From an uncultured Alphaproteobacteria bacterium (lineage in GTDB: Bacteria > Electryoneota > RPQS01): 64,000 nt of DNA. Both the position numbers and the translations under genes were made by a program. How positions within the stretch are numbered: the first letter of the stretch is position 1; each line of letters opens with the position of its first letter. The stretch spans positions 8,654-72,653 of the forward strand of contig CAZHAK010000012.1 in assembly GCA_964530625.1 (NCBI GenBank), read 5' to 3'. The notes beneath the pieces were generated by a model, which ran no database searches, was not told the origin of the DNA, and saw only the letters and a list, made by a program, of their open reading frames with translations. This document shows, in pieces, positions 32,915-42,666 of the stretch.

Positions 32915-33283
32915 TTACTTAATTTCGACTTTGGCTCCCTGCTCTTCGAGCTTGGCCTTAACTTTGTCGGCTTCGTCTTTTGGCAGCGCTTCCTTGACGG
33001 TCTTCGGTGCGCCATCCACGAGGTCTTTCGCTTCCTTCAGGCCCAAGCCGGTCAATTCACGCACGACCTTAATGACCTGAATCTTCTGCGCGCCGGCTTC
33101 CATAAGCACGACGTCAAACTCGGTCTTCTCTTCTGCGGCGGCGGCCGGAGCGGCTCCACCCATCGGCATACCCATCATCATAGGGGCCGCGGCGGTAACG
33201 CCAAACTTGTCTTCCAATGCCTTCTTCAGCTCGACGAGCTCAAGGACGGTCATTTTTTCGATTGCTTCGATAATTTGTTGCAC
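32915..33283 (-). CDS. rplL: 50S ribosomal protein L7/L12.
   Basis: [29 protein letters not shown]... matches L7/L12 with its Ala-rich hinge. Confidence 0.9.
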   Translation of the reverse strand: MQQIIEAIEKMTVLELVELKKALEDKFGVTAAAPMMMGMPMGGAAPAAAAEEKTEFDVVLMEAGAQKIQVIKVVRELTGLGLKEAKDLVDGAPKTVKEALPKDEADKVKAKLEEQGAKVEIK

Positions 33284-33333
33284 GGTTGGTCTCCGTTATG
33301 GTTTGTTAAATTCTCTTGTGAAAAGGAAATGCG

Positions 33334-33879
33334 TCAGTCTTGCTTCTTGGTCGCGATTTGGTCCACAACGGACACAAAATCACGCAAAACAGCATTGACC
33401 ACATTGTAGAAGCCCTGCACGGGGCTGAAGACGGCTGCAACCAAGCCAGAGAGCGCTTCTTCGCGTGTCGGGAGGTCTTTGATTGCGGTAAGTTCGGAAG
33501 CGGGCAGGACTTTCCCGTCAAAGATAACACTTTTGACAACGAGCCTGTCGCTCGTTTTCATAAACTTATCTAAGATACGCGCGGGCATGGCGGCATCTTC
33601 ATAGCCAATGGCGATGGCAGTAGGGCCTTCAAGGTACTTCACCGCGTCATCAAATCCCTTGTCCTTCAGCACCATACGTGAGAAGGTGTTTTTGACGATA
33701 ATGAAGTCCACTTGGTTCTTAAAACACTCGCGGCGCAACTCAGTCATTTTCTCGACCGAGAGTCCGAGGTTATCCGCCAGATACACTCCTGAAGCGCGAT
33801 CCATTTTCTCACGGAAGTCCGCGACGATGGCTGCCTTTTCGGGGCGTATGGTACGGTTTTGAAGTTCAGCTAAAGACAT
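33334..33879 (-). CDS. rplJ: 50S ribosomal protein L10.
   Basis: 181 aa, L10-like, between rplA and rplL. Confidence 0.9.
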   Translation of the reverse strand: MSLAELQNRTIRPEKAAIVADFREKMDRASGVYLADNLGLSVEKMTELRRECFKNQVDFIIVKNTFSRMVLKDKGFDDAVKYLEGPTAIAIGYEDAAMPARILDKFMKTSDRLVVKSVIFDGKVLPASELTAIKDLPTREEALSGLVAAVFSPVQGFYNVVNAVLRDFVSVVDQIATKKQD

Positions 33880-33897
33880 ATCTCGTTCCTGTAGGGC

Positions 33898-34599
33898 TTA
33901 GTGGAGTTTCGCGCTCTCAACTTCGGAACGCTGAATCCGGATGCCCGGTCCCATCGTCGAAGTTAGAAACACGGACTTGACATATTGCCCTTTGGCCGTG
34001 GCGGGCTTGTTGCGCATGACGTTCCGGAAAAATTCTTCAATATTTTCCAGTAACTGCGTAGAAGTAAAATTCAAACGGCCGACTCCCAGATGCAAGATGC
34101 CGTACTTGTCCACACGGAACTCGACTTTACCGCCCTTGACGTCGCGTACGGCGTTGCCAATGTTAGGCGTAACAGTTCCAGCTTTGGGGTTCGGCATCAA
34201 TCCGCGCGGACCCAAAATCTTACCCAGCTTACCAAGGTCGGCCATGACCTCAGGCGTCGCCACAAGCACGTCAAAATCCGTCCAGCCGCCTCTGATGCGT
34301 TCGAGGATATCCTCGAAACCTGCATGGTCGGCACCGGCTTCCTGTGCTTCGGTGATCTTGGTTTTAGAAACTGCGACCACACGCACCGTCTTACCGGTAC
34401 CGTGCGGAAGCGTTACTGTTCCGCGAACTATCTGATCGGCTTTTTTGGGATCCACTCCCAATCGCACCGCGACTTCAACGGTTTCGTTGAACTTTGCGGC
34501 TGCGGTTTTCTTGAGCGACTCAATCGCGTCCGACAGAGGCAGTTCGGTATTGCGGTTGACTTGCTCGCGATTGCGCTTTACACGCTTTGAATAGGGCAA
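33898..34599 (-). CDS. rplA: 50S ribosomal protein L1.
   Basis: 233 aa, ...VEVAVRLGVDPKKADQIVRGTVTLPHGTGK... Confidence 0.9.
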   Translation of the reverse strand: MPYSKRVKRNREQVNRNTELPLSDAIESLKKTAAAKFNETVEVAVRLGVDPKKADQIVRGTVTLPHGTGKTVRVVAVSKTKITEAQEAGADHAGFEDILERIRGGWTDFDVLVATPEVMADLGKLGKILGPRGLMPNPKAGTVTPNIGNAVRDVKGGKVEFRVDKYGILHLGVGRLNFTSTQLLENIEEFFRNVMRNKPATAKGQYVKSVFLTSTMGPGIRIQRSEVESAKLH

Positions 34600-34660
34600 T
34601 GCTGCTCCTTGGTGGTTCTTTCGTGCGGCGTTGGCACTCCCACCCGTTTATTAGAAAAGT

Positions 34661-35086
34661 TTACTGACCGACGTTCACGCCCATGGAGCGGCAGGTGCCT
34701 TCGACCATTCGCATGGCCATTTCCACGGTGTTGGCATTCAAATCTTTCATTTTGATTTCGGCAATCTCGCGAATCGCGGCTTGCGAAATCGTTCCAACCT
34801 TGTTGCGGTTGGGTTCGCCCGATCCCTTGTCCAGCTTGGTCGCTTTCTTAATCAAGATCGCGGCGGGAGGGGTCTTCGTGATAAAGCTGTAGCTCTTGTC
34901 CTTATAAACCGTAATGACAACGGGAATAATCATTCCCTTGTCTTTTTCGGTGCGGGCATTGAACTGCTTGCAGAAGTCCATGATGTTGACCTGCTTCTGA
35001 CCAAGCGCAGGTCCAATCGGCGGCGCGGGGGTTGCGGCTCCGGCAGGAATTTGCAGGCGAATGTATCCGGTAATTTGCTTTGCCAT
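34661..35086 (-). CDS. rplK: 50S ribosomal protein L11.
   Basis: [30 protein letters not shown]... matches L11. Confidence 0.9.
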   Translation of the reverse strand: MAKQITGYIRLQIPAGAATPAPPIGPALGQKQVNIMDFCKQFNARTEKDKGMIIPVVITVYKDKSYSFITKTPPAAILIKKATKLDKGSGEPNRNKVGTISQAAIREIAEIKMKDLNANTVEMAMRMVEGTCRSMGVNVGQ

Positions 35087-35145
35087 GATGTATCTCTGTT
35101 CTTATCTCGCCCCGGTTTTCCGGGGGGAATTAAGGGGGTAAAATT

Positions 35146-35721
35146 TTAGCTTGTGCCTAACTCGGTCGAAATTTGCAGGAAATCCAACTCAATCGGAGTG
35201 GAACGGCCAAAAATTGAGACCATGACCTTGGCTTTGCGCTTCGGCATATTGATCTCTCTTACCAATCCTGTGAAATCCTTAAACGGTCCGTCTATTACCT
35301 TGATCGTGTCGTTGACGCCAAACGGCAACTCGATCAACTCCATGTTATCGGCTTTGTCCTGCTGGCCTAAAATGCGGTCAACTTCGTGACGGCGCAGGGG
35401 AACCGGACGGTTCTTCGGGCCGACGAAATTAATCACTTGCGGCGTATTCAAAATCAAATGCTCAGTGTTCTTGTTCAAGATCATTTCCACAAGCATATAG
35501 CCGGGGAAGAACGTGCGCGTCTTGGCTTTCTTCTTGCCGTCGCGCATTTCAATCACGTCTTCCTTGGGAATCAGGACTTGCGTGATCTGATCGGCAACAC
35601 CCAGCCGTTTGGATTCTTCTTCCAAGAATCCTTTGATTTTCTCTTCCTGTCCGGTGAACACGTGAAGGACATACCAGCCCAGTTCACCATCACGGATCGG
35701 TGCGTCAGTTGGATGAAGCAT
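35146..35721 (-). CDS. nusG: Transcription termination/antitermination factor NusG.
   Basis: The 191-aa ORF has an NGN domain (WYVLHVFTGQEEKI...) and a KOW domain (...VIDGPFKDFTGLV...). Confidence 0.9.
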   Translation of the reverse strand: MLHPTDAPIRDGELGWYVLHVFTGQEEKIKGFLEEESKRLGVADQITQVLIPKEDVIEMRDGKKKAKTRTFFPGYMLVEMILNKNTEHLILNTPQVINFVGPKNRPVPLRRHEVDRILGQQDKADNMELIELPFGVNDTIKVIDGPFKDFTGLVREINMPKRKAKVMVSIFGRSTPIELDFLQISTELGTS

Positions 35722-35735
35722 TTAGCTTGAACTAC

Positions 35736-36641
35736 TCACAATGAACGTTTAACTCCAATATATAGCTCAGAAGAACCCGGTCCTCCAAGCAGACCGCTGG
35801 TGTAACTGAGCGTCCCCCGGGTGGCTCCGCGCAAAAGTCCGAACGCCGTGCGCGAATCCGATAGGATACAATGATAGAAGGCATCAAATGCCACGGCGCC
35901 GAGGCTCCTTGGATCGAAACCTGCTCGAATCAAGAGATCAAGCATCACCGGCGGCTCAAAATGATAAAGATGTCTGGGTGAATCCCAGGCGACCCATTGG
36001 TCTCCGTACGCCTTCGCATCAATGGAGAGCGGATTGGGCACCGCGATAGCAATTTTCCCGCGCGGAGACAGCAGCTTTCTGGCAATCTCCAATGTCTCGC
36101 GCAACTTATGGACATGTTCCAATACATGCCACATCGTAATCAATTTATACGGTCCGGCATGAGCCGGGACAGCATCAATTCCGCCTGTCCAAACTCTCAA
36201 GCCAAGTTTGTCGCGCGCATGCTGCGCCGCTCTTTCACTTGGCTCGCAGCCGTCTGCTTCAAATCCTCTTCGCTTCAATTCCACTACAAACTCACCGGTC
36301 GCACAACCGACGTCAAGACATCGGTCAGCAGGCTTTAATCCAACCACAACTCTGGCGGCCTTGCGCCGGATAGACAGCGGACGAAATTTGCGATAGAGCT
36401 TTGCCGATACCGTCTGCGGTCCGTCACCTGCCGAAGCAAAAGGATCGTATCCCGGAGTGTCATAGAACGCGCCGATGGATGCTTCATCGGGCCGCGGATT
36501 CAGATAAATCAGTTTACACATCTGACACCGCACAAGAGCGTACGTGCGATTGTCGAGCACTCGAAACCTGTCTTCTACGGTACGCTCTGGTTTATGTTCC
36601 GGGCAGGAGCAAACCGGGCAGACAATCGTCTCAAAATTCAC
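35736..36641 (-). CDS. Class I SAM-dependent methyltransferase with an N-terminal zinc-ribbon (CxxC...CxxC). It is inserted between secE and nusG.
   Basis: The 301-aa ORF has CPVCSC...CQMCK at the N-terminus and SAM motif I LDVGCATGEFVVEL. It is tightly packed on the same strand, 12 nt from secE and 14 nt from nusG. Confidence 0.7.
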   Translation of the reverse strand: MNFETIVCPVCSCPEHKPERTVEDRFRVLDNRTYALVRCQMCKLIYLNPRPDEASIGAFYDTPGYDPFASAGDGPQTVSAKLYRKFRPLSIRRKAARVVVGLKPADRCLDVGCATGEFVVELKRRGFEADGCEPSERAAQHARDKLGLRVWTGGIDAVPAHAGPYKLITMWHVLEHVHKLRETLEIARKLLSPRGKIAIAVPNPLSIDAKAYGDQWVAWDSPRHLYHFEPPVMLDLLIRAGFDPRSLGAVAFDAFYHCILSDSRTAFGLLRGATRGTLSYTSGLLGGPGSSELYIGVKRSL

Positions 36642-36653
36642 GCCGAATGAAAA

Positions 36654-36836
36654 CTACAGCAGTTGCTGAAGTCCCAGACTAAGGATGCGATCTACCACGA
36701 AGACGGCAAGTCCCAGTATGAGAGTGAGTCCGAGCACGATCCACGTGCTTTCCGCGACTTCCGGTCGGGTCGGCCATGTGACTTTCGTCATTTCCGACTT
36801 GACATCGGTGACGTAGTTGATAGTTTTCTTAATCAT
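36654..36836 (-). CDS. secE: Preprotein translocase subunit SecE.
   Basis: The 60-aa ORF has a single C-terminal TM helix (WIVLGLTLILGLAVFVV) and the conserved ...KVTWPTR... motif. It is preceded by tRNA-Trp, as in the canonical arrangement. Confidence 0.8.
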   Translation of the reverse strand: MIKKTINYVTDVKSEMTKVTWPTRPEVAESTWIVLGLTLILGLAVFVVDRILSLGLQQLL

Positions 36837-36869
36837 GATGTTTCAGTTGTGAGGCTGTCCTCAGTCTTG

Positions 36870-36942
36870 CACGGCAGGAGGGACTCGAACCCCCAACAAC
36901 CGGTTTTGGAGACCGGGACTCTACCAATTGAGCTACTGCCGT
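36870..36942 (-). tRNA. trnW: tRNA-Trp (anticodon CCA).
   Basis: The minus-strand sequence ACGGCAGTAGCTCAATTGGTAGAGTCCCGGTCTCCAAAACCGGTTGTTGGGGGTTCGAGTCCCTCCTGCCGTG folds into a cloverleaf with anticodon loop CTCCAAA. Coordinates are approximate. Confidence 0.8.
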
Positions 36943-36982
36943 GTACCGCTGCCGCGACGAGGCTTCGGCACGGCGGCTTAAA

Positions 36983-37022
36983 TGGGAACAGAAGGCCGGA
37001 GCCATAAAAGGTGGCTCCGGCC
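36983..37022 (-). terminator. Hairpin/terminator downstream of tuf.
   Basis: On the minus strand the sequence reads GGCCGGAGCCAccttttatGGCTCCGGCC followed by TTCTGTTCCC. It lies between tuf and tRNA-Trp, so it is probably a partial terminator or a processing structure. Confidence 0.45.
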
Positions 37023-37040
37023 TATCCGGAAAGAGTGTAC

Positions 37041-38231
37041 TTACTCGATGATCTTAGTTACACGTCCCGCGCCGACGGTCTTGCCGCCTTCACGAATAGC
37101 GAAACGCAAACCTTCGTCCATCGCGATGTCGGTAATCAAGTCAACGGTGATTGCCGTGTTGTCGCCGGGCATAATCATCTCGGTGCCTTCACTCAACGTA
37201 ACCGAACCGGTAACGTCGGTCGTGCGGAAGAAGAACTGCGGGCGGTAATTATTGAAGAACGGCGTGTGTCGGCCACCTTCGTCTTTGGACAGGACGTAAA
37301 CCTGCGCTTCGAACTTCTTGTGCGGCTTGATCGAACCGGGCTTACAGAGCACCATTCCACGCTCGAGATCGTCTTTTTCCACACCGCGCAAAAGCAATCC
37401 TGCGTTGTCGCCAGCGAAGCCTTCATCGAGGAGCTTACGGAACATTTCTACACCCGTTACAACCGTCTTCTTGTGCTGTCCCAACCCGACGATTTCAACT
37501 TCCTCACCAACCTTAACCTTGCCGCGCTCAATACGGCCCGTACCGACGGTACCGCGACCGGTAATCGAGAACACGTCTTCGATCGGCATCAGGAAAGGCT
37601 TATCGAGCGCACGTACCGGTTCCGGAATGAACTCATCCACGGCGTCCATCAATTCCATGATGCACTTGGTCTTTTCGGGATCCTGCAAGTTTGACAGCGC
37701 TTCCAACGCGCTGCCGCGGATCACCGGAAGCGTGTCGCCGGGATATTCGTACGAGGACAGCAATTCACGAACTTCAAGCTCAACCAAGTCGAGCAATTCA
37801 GGATCGTCAACTTGGTCGCACTTGTTCAGGAACACGACCAGCGCGGGCACGTTCACCTGACGAGCGAGCAGAACGTGCTCACGCGTCTGGGGCATGGGGC
37901 CGTCCGCGGCGGACACGACGAGAATCGCGCCGTCCATTTGGGCAGCACCGGTGACCATGTTCTTAATATAGTCGGCGTGGCCCGGGCAGTCCACGTGCGC
38001 GTAGTGGCGCTTTTCAGTTTCGTACTCAGCGTGGTGGACGTTAATCGTGACGCCGCGCTCTTTTTCTTCGGGCGCGTTGTCGATATCGTCATAGTTACGG
38101 GCTTGTGCCAATCCCTTAGCGGCGAGCACTTGCGTGATAGCGGCGGTGAGAGTGGTTTTGCCATGGTCGACGTGACCAATAGTGCCGATGTTAACATGCG
38201 GCTTGTTGCGTTCAAATTTGGCTTTTGCCAT
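37041..38231 (-). CDS. tuf: Elongation factor Tu.
   Basis: The 396-aa ORF begins [32 protein letters not shown]... and has the DCPGHADY and NKCD motifs. Confidence 0.95.
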   Translation of the reverse strand: MAKAKFERNKPHVNIGTIGHVDHGKTTLTAAITQVLAAKGLAQARNYDDIDNAPEEKERGVTINVHHAEYETEKRHYAHVDCPGHADYIKNMVTGAAQMDGAILVVSAADGPMPQTREHVLLARQVNVPALVVFLNKCDQVDDPELLDLVELEVRELLSSYEYPGDTLPVIRGSALEALSNLQDPEKTKCIMELMDAVDEFIPEPVRALDKPFLMPIEDVFSITGRGTVGTGRIERGKVKVGEEVEIVGLGQHKKTVVTGVEMFRKLLDEGFAGDNAGLLLRGVEKDDLERGMVLCKPGSIKPHKKFEAQVYVLSKDEGGRHTPFFNNYRPQFFFRTTDVTGSVTLSEGTEMIMPGDNTAITVDLITDIAMDEGLRFAIREGGKTVGAGRVTKIIE

Positions 38232-38320
38232 TGCCGGACAACCTCCTTAGGGGTTCAGCAGTTCTATGTTTATTGTATTCAAAGATTCACAGGAATTACC
38301 CGAGAAGCCGGATAACACGT

Positions 38321-38396
<76 letters not shown>

Positions 38397-38439
38397 AAGA
38401 ACAGGAGTGCGCGTTTGGTGGGCGCAACCACGTCATCAG

Positions 38440-38512
38440 AGCGGGCGACGAGACTCGAACCCGCGACCCTCAGCTTGGAAGGCTGATGCTCTACCAACTG
38501 AGCTACGCCCGC
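38440..38512 (-). tRNA. tRNA-Gly (anticodon TCC).
   Basis: The minus-strand sequence GCGGGCGTAGCTCAGTTGGTAGAGCATCAGCCTTCCAAGCTGAGGGTCGCGGGTTCGAGTCTCGTCGCCCGCT has anticodon loop CTTCCAA. Confidence 0.8.
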
Positions 38513-38624
38513 ATAAGAAACGAAATGAAGAAGCAGCCTAAAAAGGGTGCACCCCTCTTGGGTGACCACCTCTAAGGCCACTAAGAACAAAGACTAACGT
38601 GGTCTATTTCGAGAAGATACCCGG

Positions 38625-38707
38625 TGGTGGCAGATGGATTTGAACCACCGTAGGCGTTTGCCAGCAGATTTACAGTCTGCCCCCTTTAGCCACTCGGGCA
38701 TGCCACC
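38625..38707 (-). tRNA. tRNA-Tyr (anticodon GTA), with a long variable arm.
   Basis: The minus-strand sequence GGTGGCATGCCCGAGTGGCTAAAGGGGGCAGACTGTAAATCTGCTGGCAAACGCCTACGGTGGTTCAAATCCATCTGCCACCA has anticodon loop ACTGTAAAT. Confidence 0.8.
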
Positions 38708-38748
38708 AAGCAAGTCTTTGGGATTTTAGCTACAACCGAATGTAATAG

Positions 38749-38821
38749 AGCTGGCGACAGGACTTGAACCCGCAACCTGTTGATTACAAATCAACTGCTC
38801 TACCAGTTGAGCTACGCCAGC
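38749..38821 (-). tRNA. tRNA-Thr (anticodon TGT).
   Basis: The minus-strand sequence GCTGGCGTAGCTCAACTGGTAGAGCAGTTGATTTGTAATCAACAGGTTGCGGGTTCAAGTCCTGTCGCCAGCT has anticodon loop TTTGTAA. Confidence 0.8.
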
Positions 38822-38957
38822 AGTTAGGTACCGCCGAAAACCGCAGACCCAAAGTTAAGAACTTGTGAAATTGCAGTCAAGCGGCGAGCGAGTGGATTTG
38901 GGGCGAAATGGCGGTTTTTTCGGCGTTTTGACACACATAGTGCCAGATACGCCTCTC

Positions 38958-40361
38958 CTATTTCCTCCTCCAAATAGTCTTCCCCGCCCTATCCTCAATG
39001 ATGATGCCTCTCTCAGATAGGGCATCGCGGGCGCGGTCGGCTTCGGGCCAATTTTTGGATTGACGGGCGTGGTTGCGGGCTTCAATTAAGGCTTCAATCT
39101 CAGCAGCTTCGGGGTCATCAGGCTCCTGATCCAAATCAAGGAAGCCTAAAACAGAGTCAAAACGGCGCATCGCGCCAATGGCAAGCTCCTGCTCGGAATT
39201 GCCAATTTTAGCTTGCTGACAAAGGGTGTTCGCGTCACGCACAAAGTTGAAAACTGCAGCCAGCGCTTCGGGGTAATTTAGATCATCATCAAGGGCGTCC
39301 CTGAACTCGTGCTCGCGTTGCGCAACCATGTCTTTCAGTTCCGCCATTCCCCCTTTGCCTGTCGCGTGCTCCAGATTCAAACTGCACGATTCAAATCTCG
39401 CCAATGCTTGTTTGATACTCTCAAGTCCACTGGCCTGAAAATTGGTGCGCTGACGGTAGTGACCGGACAACAATCCGTAGCGGATTTCGCGCGGCTTCCA
39501 ACCCTTGTCAATCATATCCTGCACTGTGAAAAAATTCCCCAGTGACTTGGACATTTTTTGACCGTCCACAAGCAAATGCTCGGAATGCATCCAGTAGCGG
39601 GCTAACGGCTCGTGCGTCACGCCTTCTGTCTGCGCGATTTCATTCTGGTGATGCGGAAAGATCAGGTCAACTCCGCCCAAATGAATATCAAAATTTTTGC
39701 CAAGATATTTCAACGACATCGCCGAGCACTCAAGATGCCATCCGGGCCGGCCCTTGCCTAAACTCGTCTCCCAAGCGACCGGGCCATCCTGCTCTTCCCA
39801 ATTCTTCCACAGAGCAAAATCGCGCACATCTTCTTTCTCGTATTCGTCACTTGCGACACGCTCGCCCACGCGCATTTCTTCCATGTTCAAGCGAGCGAGT
39901 TGTCCGTAACTCGAAAACGAGTCAATTTTGAAGTAGACGGAGCCATCCGCGACATAAGCATGTTTGGCGGCAATCAAGTCTTCCACCATCTTGACCATTT
40001 CCGGGATATGATCCGTCGCGCGGGGATAAATATCCGCGTCGGTAATTCCGATAGCCTTACGGTCGGCATGAAACGACTCGATATATCGATCCGTATATTC
40101 ACGCAGGGAAACGTTCTCGCAATTCGCGCCTTTGATCGTCTTATCGTCAATGTCCGTAAGGTTCATCACCCACGTCACCTCGTATCCGGAATAGGCCAAA
40201 TAACGGCGCAATAAATCCGAAATCAAAAACGTGCGGAAATTCCCGATATGCGCTTTCGCATAAACCGTGGGCCCGCAGGTGTACATAGCCACTTTGCCGG
40301 GATCTCGCGGCACGAACGGTTCAACTTTTCGAGTGAGTGTGTTGTAAAGTTTCAGTGACAT
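38958..40361 (-). CDS. cysS: Cysteine--tRNA ligase.
   Basis: The 467-aa ORF has ...YTCGPTVYAKAHIGNFRTF... (HIGH motif) and KMSKSLGN. Confidence 0.9.
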   Translation of the reverse strand: MSLKLYNTLTRKVEPFVPRDPGKVAMYTCGPTVYAKAHIGNFRTFLISDLLRRYLAYSGYEVTWVMNLTDIDDKTIKGANCENVSLREYTDRYIESFHADRKAIGITDADIYPRATDHIPEMVKMVEDLIAAKHAYVADGSVYFKIDSFSSYGQLARLNMEEMRVGERVASDEYEKEDVRDFALWKNWEEQDGPVAWETSLGKGRPGWHLECSAMSLKYLGKNFDIHLGGVDLIFPHHQNEIAQTEGVTHEPLARYWMHSEHLLVDGQKMSKSLGNFFTVQDMIDKGWKPREIRYGLLSGHYRQRTNFQASGLESIKQALARFESCSLNLEHATGKGGMAELKDMVAQREHEFRDALDDDLNYPEALAAVFNFVRDANTLCQQAKIGNSEQELAIGAMRRFDSVLGFLDLDQEPDDPEAAEIEALIEARNHARQSKNWPEADRARDALSERGIIIEDRAGKTIWRRK

Positions 40362-40387
40362 TTATCGTAAAGGAGTAGTCTAAACTG

Positions 40388-41038
40388 TTAAGCGCTCGTT
40401 CCGCCGAGTTTGGCGCGGCTGTAATGCACAAAGCGAACAGCATACTGAATTCCTGAAGCCAAAATAAACGCGCTGGCAATCCAAACAAGCGTCTTCGGAT
40501 TGAACTCCGAGGTCATTTTCGGCCAATTCAGGGTGTAGCTGATCAATGCGACCGCGATGACAAACATCGTTAGTTTGCCGACGTAATTGGATGTAACAAT
40601 TAAGCCGCGCTTGCGAAACACATAAAAAGAGCCCCAAATAATCACCACATCGCGCGAAAGTATCAGCACCAAAAACCAAAGCGGCAGCGGGTTCTCGCGA
40701 GACGGCAAAGCCAGAAAAACAGCCAGCGCACCCAACCAAATCTTATCCGCCAGCGGATCGAGCACTCGTCCCCAATCCGTTTCGACATGAAACCAACGGG
40801 CGATCAATCCGTCCACCATGTCGCTGACCAGCGCCGTAGCCATCAACACCAGAGCCCAGAAGTTTCCGTTCTCTTTGGGCCCAAGTTTCAGAAAGTAGAA
40901 GAGCGGAATCAGCAAGAAAACTCTGGCGATGCTCATAAGATTTGGCACCGTCAGGAATTTTCGAGGCCGTGGTTTCGGTTCGAACACGAAACTCGTCTGT
41001 TTAGGCAACAGTTTGTCGGTGCGGTTTATCTCTGCCAC
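40388..41038 (-). CDS. pgsA: CDP-alcohol phosphatidyltransferase family protein (PgsA-like).
   Basis: It carries the DMVDGLIARW...GRVLDPLADK motif, D-G-x2-A-R...G-x3-D-x3-D. I set the start at the GTG 4 nt after the purF stop, which has a GGAG in the purF 3' end. The ORF track extends to 41086. Confidence 0.7.
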   Translation of the reverse strand: MAEINRTDKLLPKQTSFVFEPKPRPRKFLTVPNLMSIARVFLLIPLFYFLKLGPKENGNFWALVLMATALVSDMVDGLIARWFHVETDWGRVLDPLADKIWLGALAVFLALPSRENPLPLWFLVLILSRDVVIIWGSFYVFRKRGLIVTSNYVGKLTMFVIAVALISYTLNWPKMTSEFNPKTLVWIASAFILASGIQYAVRFVHYSRAKLGGTSA

Positions 41039-41040
41039 GG

Positions 41041-42507
41041 TTACTCCATGGTTCGCAGAACCCGTTCCAGTTCCGCGCGTGCCCACTCTTTATCTGGTTC
41101 ACTTAACTCAGCAAGCTGCGCAGGATCTTTTAGCGGCACGGCATATTGTCCGGAGAAGCAGGCCGTGCAATAGTTTGATGGTTCGTCTCTAGTCGCGGCC
41201 AGCATCCCTTCGTGTGACAAATACCGTAATGAATTCACACCCAAATAGCTTTCGATTTCGGCGGGACTTGCAAACGCGGCAATCAGTTCGCGCCGAGTCG
41301 GGAAATCCATTCCGTAGAAACACGGCCAGCGCACAGGCGGCGACGCGATCCGCACATGCACTTCCGTCGCACCAGCGGCTCTGATCACTCCCACGAGTTT
41401 CTTCAAAGTCGTTCCGCGCACAATAGAGTCATCCACCAGCACCACGCGGCGGCCTTCCAGCACTCCGCGCACGGGATTATATTTAATCCGCGAGTTGTAC
41501 GAGCGCATAAACTGCGATGGATTGATAAAGGTGCGGCCAATATAGTGATTTCGAATCAAGCCGATTTCAAATTTCAAATCGCTCGTGCGGGCATACCCGA
41601 TGGCCGAAGTGTTGGACGAATCAGGAACAGAGATGACAACATCGGCGTCAGCAGGATGCTCCTCCGCCAAAATCTTGCCCAGTTTTCTGCGCACTTTATC
41701 CACGGACGTGCCGTAGATATGGCTGTCCGGTCGCGCGAAATAAATCAATTCAAAAATACACATGTGCAGATCGGGCGCGGCATACTGCACCGACTCCAAT
41801 CCACGTGTCGAGATGTTCACGATTTCGCCCGCGTTGACGTCGCGCTCATAGGTCGCGCCAATAATGTCAAACGCACACGTCTCGGAAGCGAACACATATC
41901 CCTCACCCATGCGACCCATGGCCAGCGGCCTGAAGCCGTGCGGATCGCGGGCGGCCAAAACACCGTCTCTGGTAATCAATACGACTGAGAACGCGCCTTC
42001 CAGCTCCTTGACCGCCTCGGCCAGGCGGGTCGCGGCAGTCGGAGCTTTGGATCGCGCGATCAGATGCACAAACAACTCGGAGTCCGAGGAGGTCTGAAAG
42101 ATCGCTCCCTCGTCCTCCAGTTTCTTGCGCAAAGCGCGCTCGTTGGTGATATTGCCGTTGTGGGCAACCGCCAGCGGGCCGTCCTTGGTGTTTACCACGA
42201 GAGGCTGAACATTAGTCAAAGACGAGGAGCCGGTCGTGGAGTACCTCACATGCCCGACGGCCCAACTGCCTTCAAGCTCCTTGAACCTCCCTTGGTCTCG
42301 AAACACGTCAGCCAGCAACCCCATGCCTCTATGAGCAAACAGGTTTTGGCCGTCGGAACTGACAATTCCCGCAGATTCCTGACCCCGGTGCTGAAGGGCG
42401 TACAGGCCCAAATAGGTCAGTTCAGCGGCACGGGGGTGGCCATGAAGGGCCATAACCCCACACTTGTCGCGGGGCTTGTCGTCGAGGAAATCTATGAGAT
42501 GTGACAT
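41041..42507 (-). CDS. purF: Amidophosphoribosyltransferase.
   Basis: The 488-aa ORF has a propeptide then Cys (...DKPRDKCGVMALHG...). It has an Ntn-glutaminase domain and a PRPP-binding VVLVDDSIVRGTT motif. Confidence 0.9.
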   Translation of the reverse strand: MSHLIDFLDDKPRDKCGVMALHGHPRAAELTYLGLYALQHRGQESAGIVSSDGQNLFAHRGMGLLADVFRDQGRFKELEGSWAVGHVRYSTTGSSSLTNVQPLVVNTKDGPLAVAHNGNITNERALRKKLEDEGAIFQTSSDSELFVHLIARSKAPTAATRLAEAVKELEGAFSVVLITRDGVLAARDPHGFRPLAMGRMGEGYVFASETCAFDIIGATYERDVNAGEIVNISTRGLESVQYAAPDLHMCIFELIYFARPDSHIYGTSVDKVRRKLGKILAEEHPADADVVISVPDSSNTSAIGYARTSDLKFEIGLIRNHYIGRTFINPSQFMRSYNSRIKYNPVRGVLEGRRVVLVDDSIVRGTTLKKLVGVIRAAGATEVHVRIASPPVRWPCFYGMDFPTRRELIAAFASPAEIESYLGVNSLRYLSHEGMLAATRDEPSNYCTACFSGQYAVPLKDPAQLAELSEPDKEWARAELERVLRTME

Positions 42508-42666
42508 AAGACCCGTAATATAACCCGCTTAGATTGGCTTGTCAACTTCTGACCCGTCTTTTTTCATTGCCCCTGCTTCTTGATAGTCCGGTCAGGGTTT
42601 TATATCTTAGAAATCTTGAACTAAGCGAAACCGTCGGAGGGTTCCGGCGGACCACCTCGGGCCAAT

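Noticed and set aside
36943-37040. Possible rpmG (L33) between tuf/tRNA-Trp and secE.
   Set aside because: The spacers of about 100 nt and 33 nt are too short. No zinc-ribbon ORF is present. L33 must be encoded elsewhere.
42508-42666. The sequence ggttccggcggacc in the purF/epimerase divergent promoter region as a palindromic operator.
   Set aside because: On checking, it is not self-complementary (ggttccggcggacc vs ggtccgccggaacc).
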